Positions 63,430 through 64,000 of a stretch of 64,000 nt of DNA are shown in pieces. Every line of letters begins with the position of its first letter. Within the stretch, counting starts at the first letter, position 1. The notes beneath the pieces were generated by a model, which was not told the DNA's origin, made no database searches, and saw only the letters and a program-made list of their open reading frames with translations. The translations under genes and the position numbers were made by a program. Origin of the DNA: Hemiscyllium ocellatum (Eukaryota); contig NC_083435.1 of assembly GCF_020745735.1 (NCBI RefSeq), forward strand, positions 34,161,231 through 34,225,230. Reading direction: 5' to 3'.

Positions 63430-64000
63430 TCTTTTGGGGCAAATAACACGATCTATCCCATTCCTGCGCCATGACATTGGAAATGGCCAGATGACCTCAT
63501 GGAATGTGAGAACAAAGTTAATTGGGAATTTACTGAGTCATCAACGAAAGGACAGAAGTACAATAATTCTGAAGTCAGAGTGTTTTTTTTTTCCTGTAAG
63601 TTTTAAAAAATGAACCCATCCTTGTATATTGATGGGTCATTCCTTTCTAACGGGAGTTATGATAATACAATGGTTTTAAAAGATCTATTTTGTCTTTTTT
63701 GAATAACAAATGTTTGAGAATGAGGTAAAGAGCTGTCTGATAAACTAAAACGCTTGTGAGGATTTTTTTTAAGTTGGAACAATAAAAACAGTATTGGGGT
63801 CAAGGGTGGGGTCAAGATCCCACAGAACCAGGATTTCATTTAAATTAACATTAGCTGCTGGTGTTTCGAGGCTGTTACTCGAGAATGCTTGAATCCTGTC
63901 TCTGGTTGTCTAACTCAGAATTTTCATCCTGGAGTGGAGAATTACATGCAAGACAATCTACTTTACTAGATTTGTTGTTGTCAAGAGGGTGGTTATGTGA
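63430..64000 (+). mobile_element. Gypsy-type 3' internal remnant plus start of LTR (runs off the edge)
   Basis: Pre-LTR and LTR blocks homologous to 49570-49900 and 30330-30450. Confidence 0.5.

Noticed and set aside
1-64000. CRISPR arrays, operons or other prokaryotic systems
   Set aside because: The window is eukaryotic (spliceosomal introns, LINEs and SINEs) and has no repeat-spacer array. Most short ORFs in the track are LINE fragments or their antisense.

Overview
Vertebrate genomic DNA, AT-rich and repeat-dense. It is most likely from a shark (inferred from HE1/V-SINE-type tRNA SINEs with (AATCT)n tails, abundant CR1 LINEs, Penelope elements and the GPR139-like receptor family). Three non-repeat components were read from the sequence. 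(1) 1-2864: the 3' half of a decayed epsilon/gamma-like endogenous retrovirus (RT, RNase H, integrase, then an LTR remnant, with no env). (2) About 3070-20650, minus strand: a complete but disabled MHC class II beta-chain gene. It has leader, beta1, beta2, TM and cytoplasmic exons plus a canonical X-Y promoter module. Its leader exon is split by a Tx1-type LINE with a perfect 19-bp target-site duplication, and its beta1 domain lacks the usual peptide-anchoring residues. No class II alpha partner is visible. (3) About 33-63 kb, plus strand: a birth-and-death array of two-exon GPR139-like orphan GPCR genes. One copy is intact except for one extra A in a homopolymer, one is a decayed paralogue, and duplicated intron blocks remain. 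The rest is CR1/L2/Rex LINE, Penelope, Gypsy and SINE debris. Repeat boundaries are approximate (tens of bp). No database searches were run, so family names come from motif recognition.
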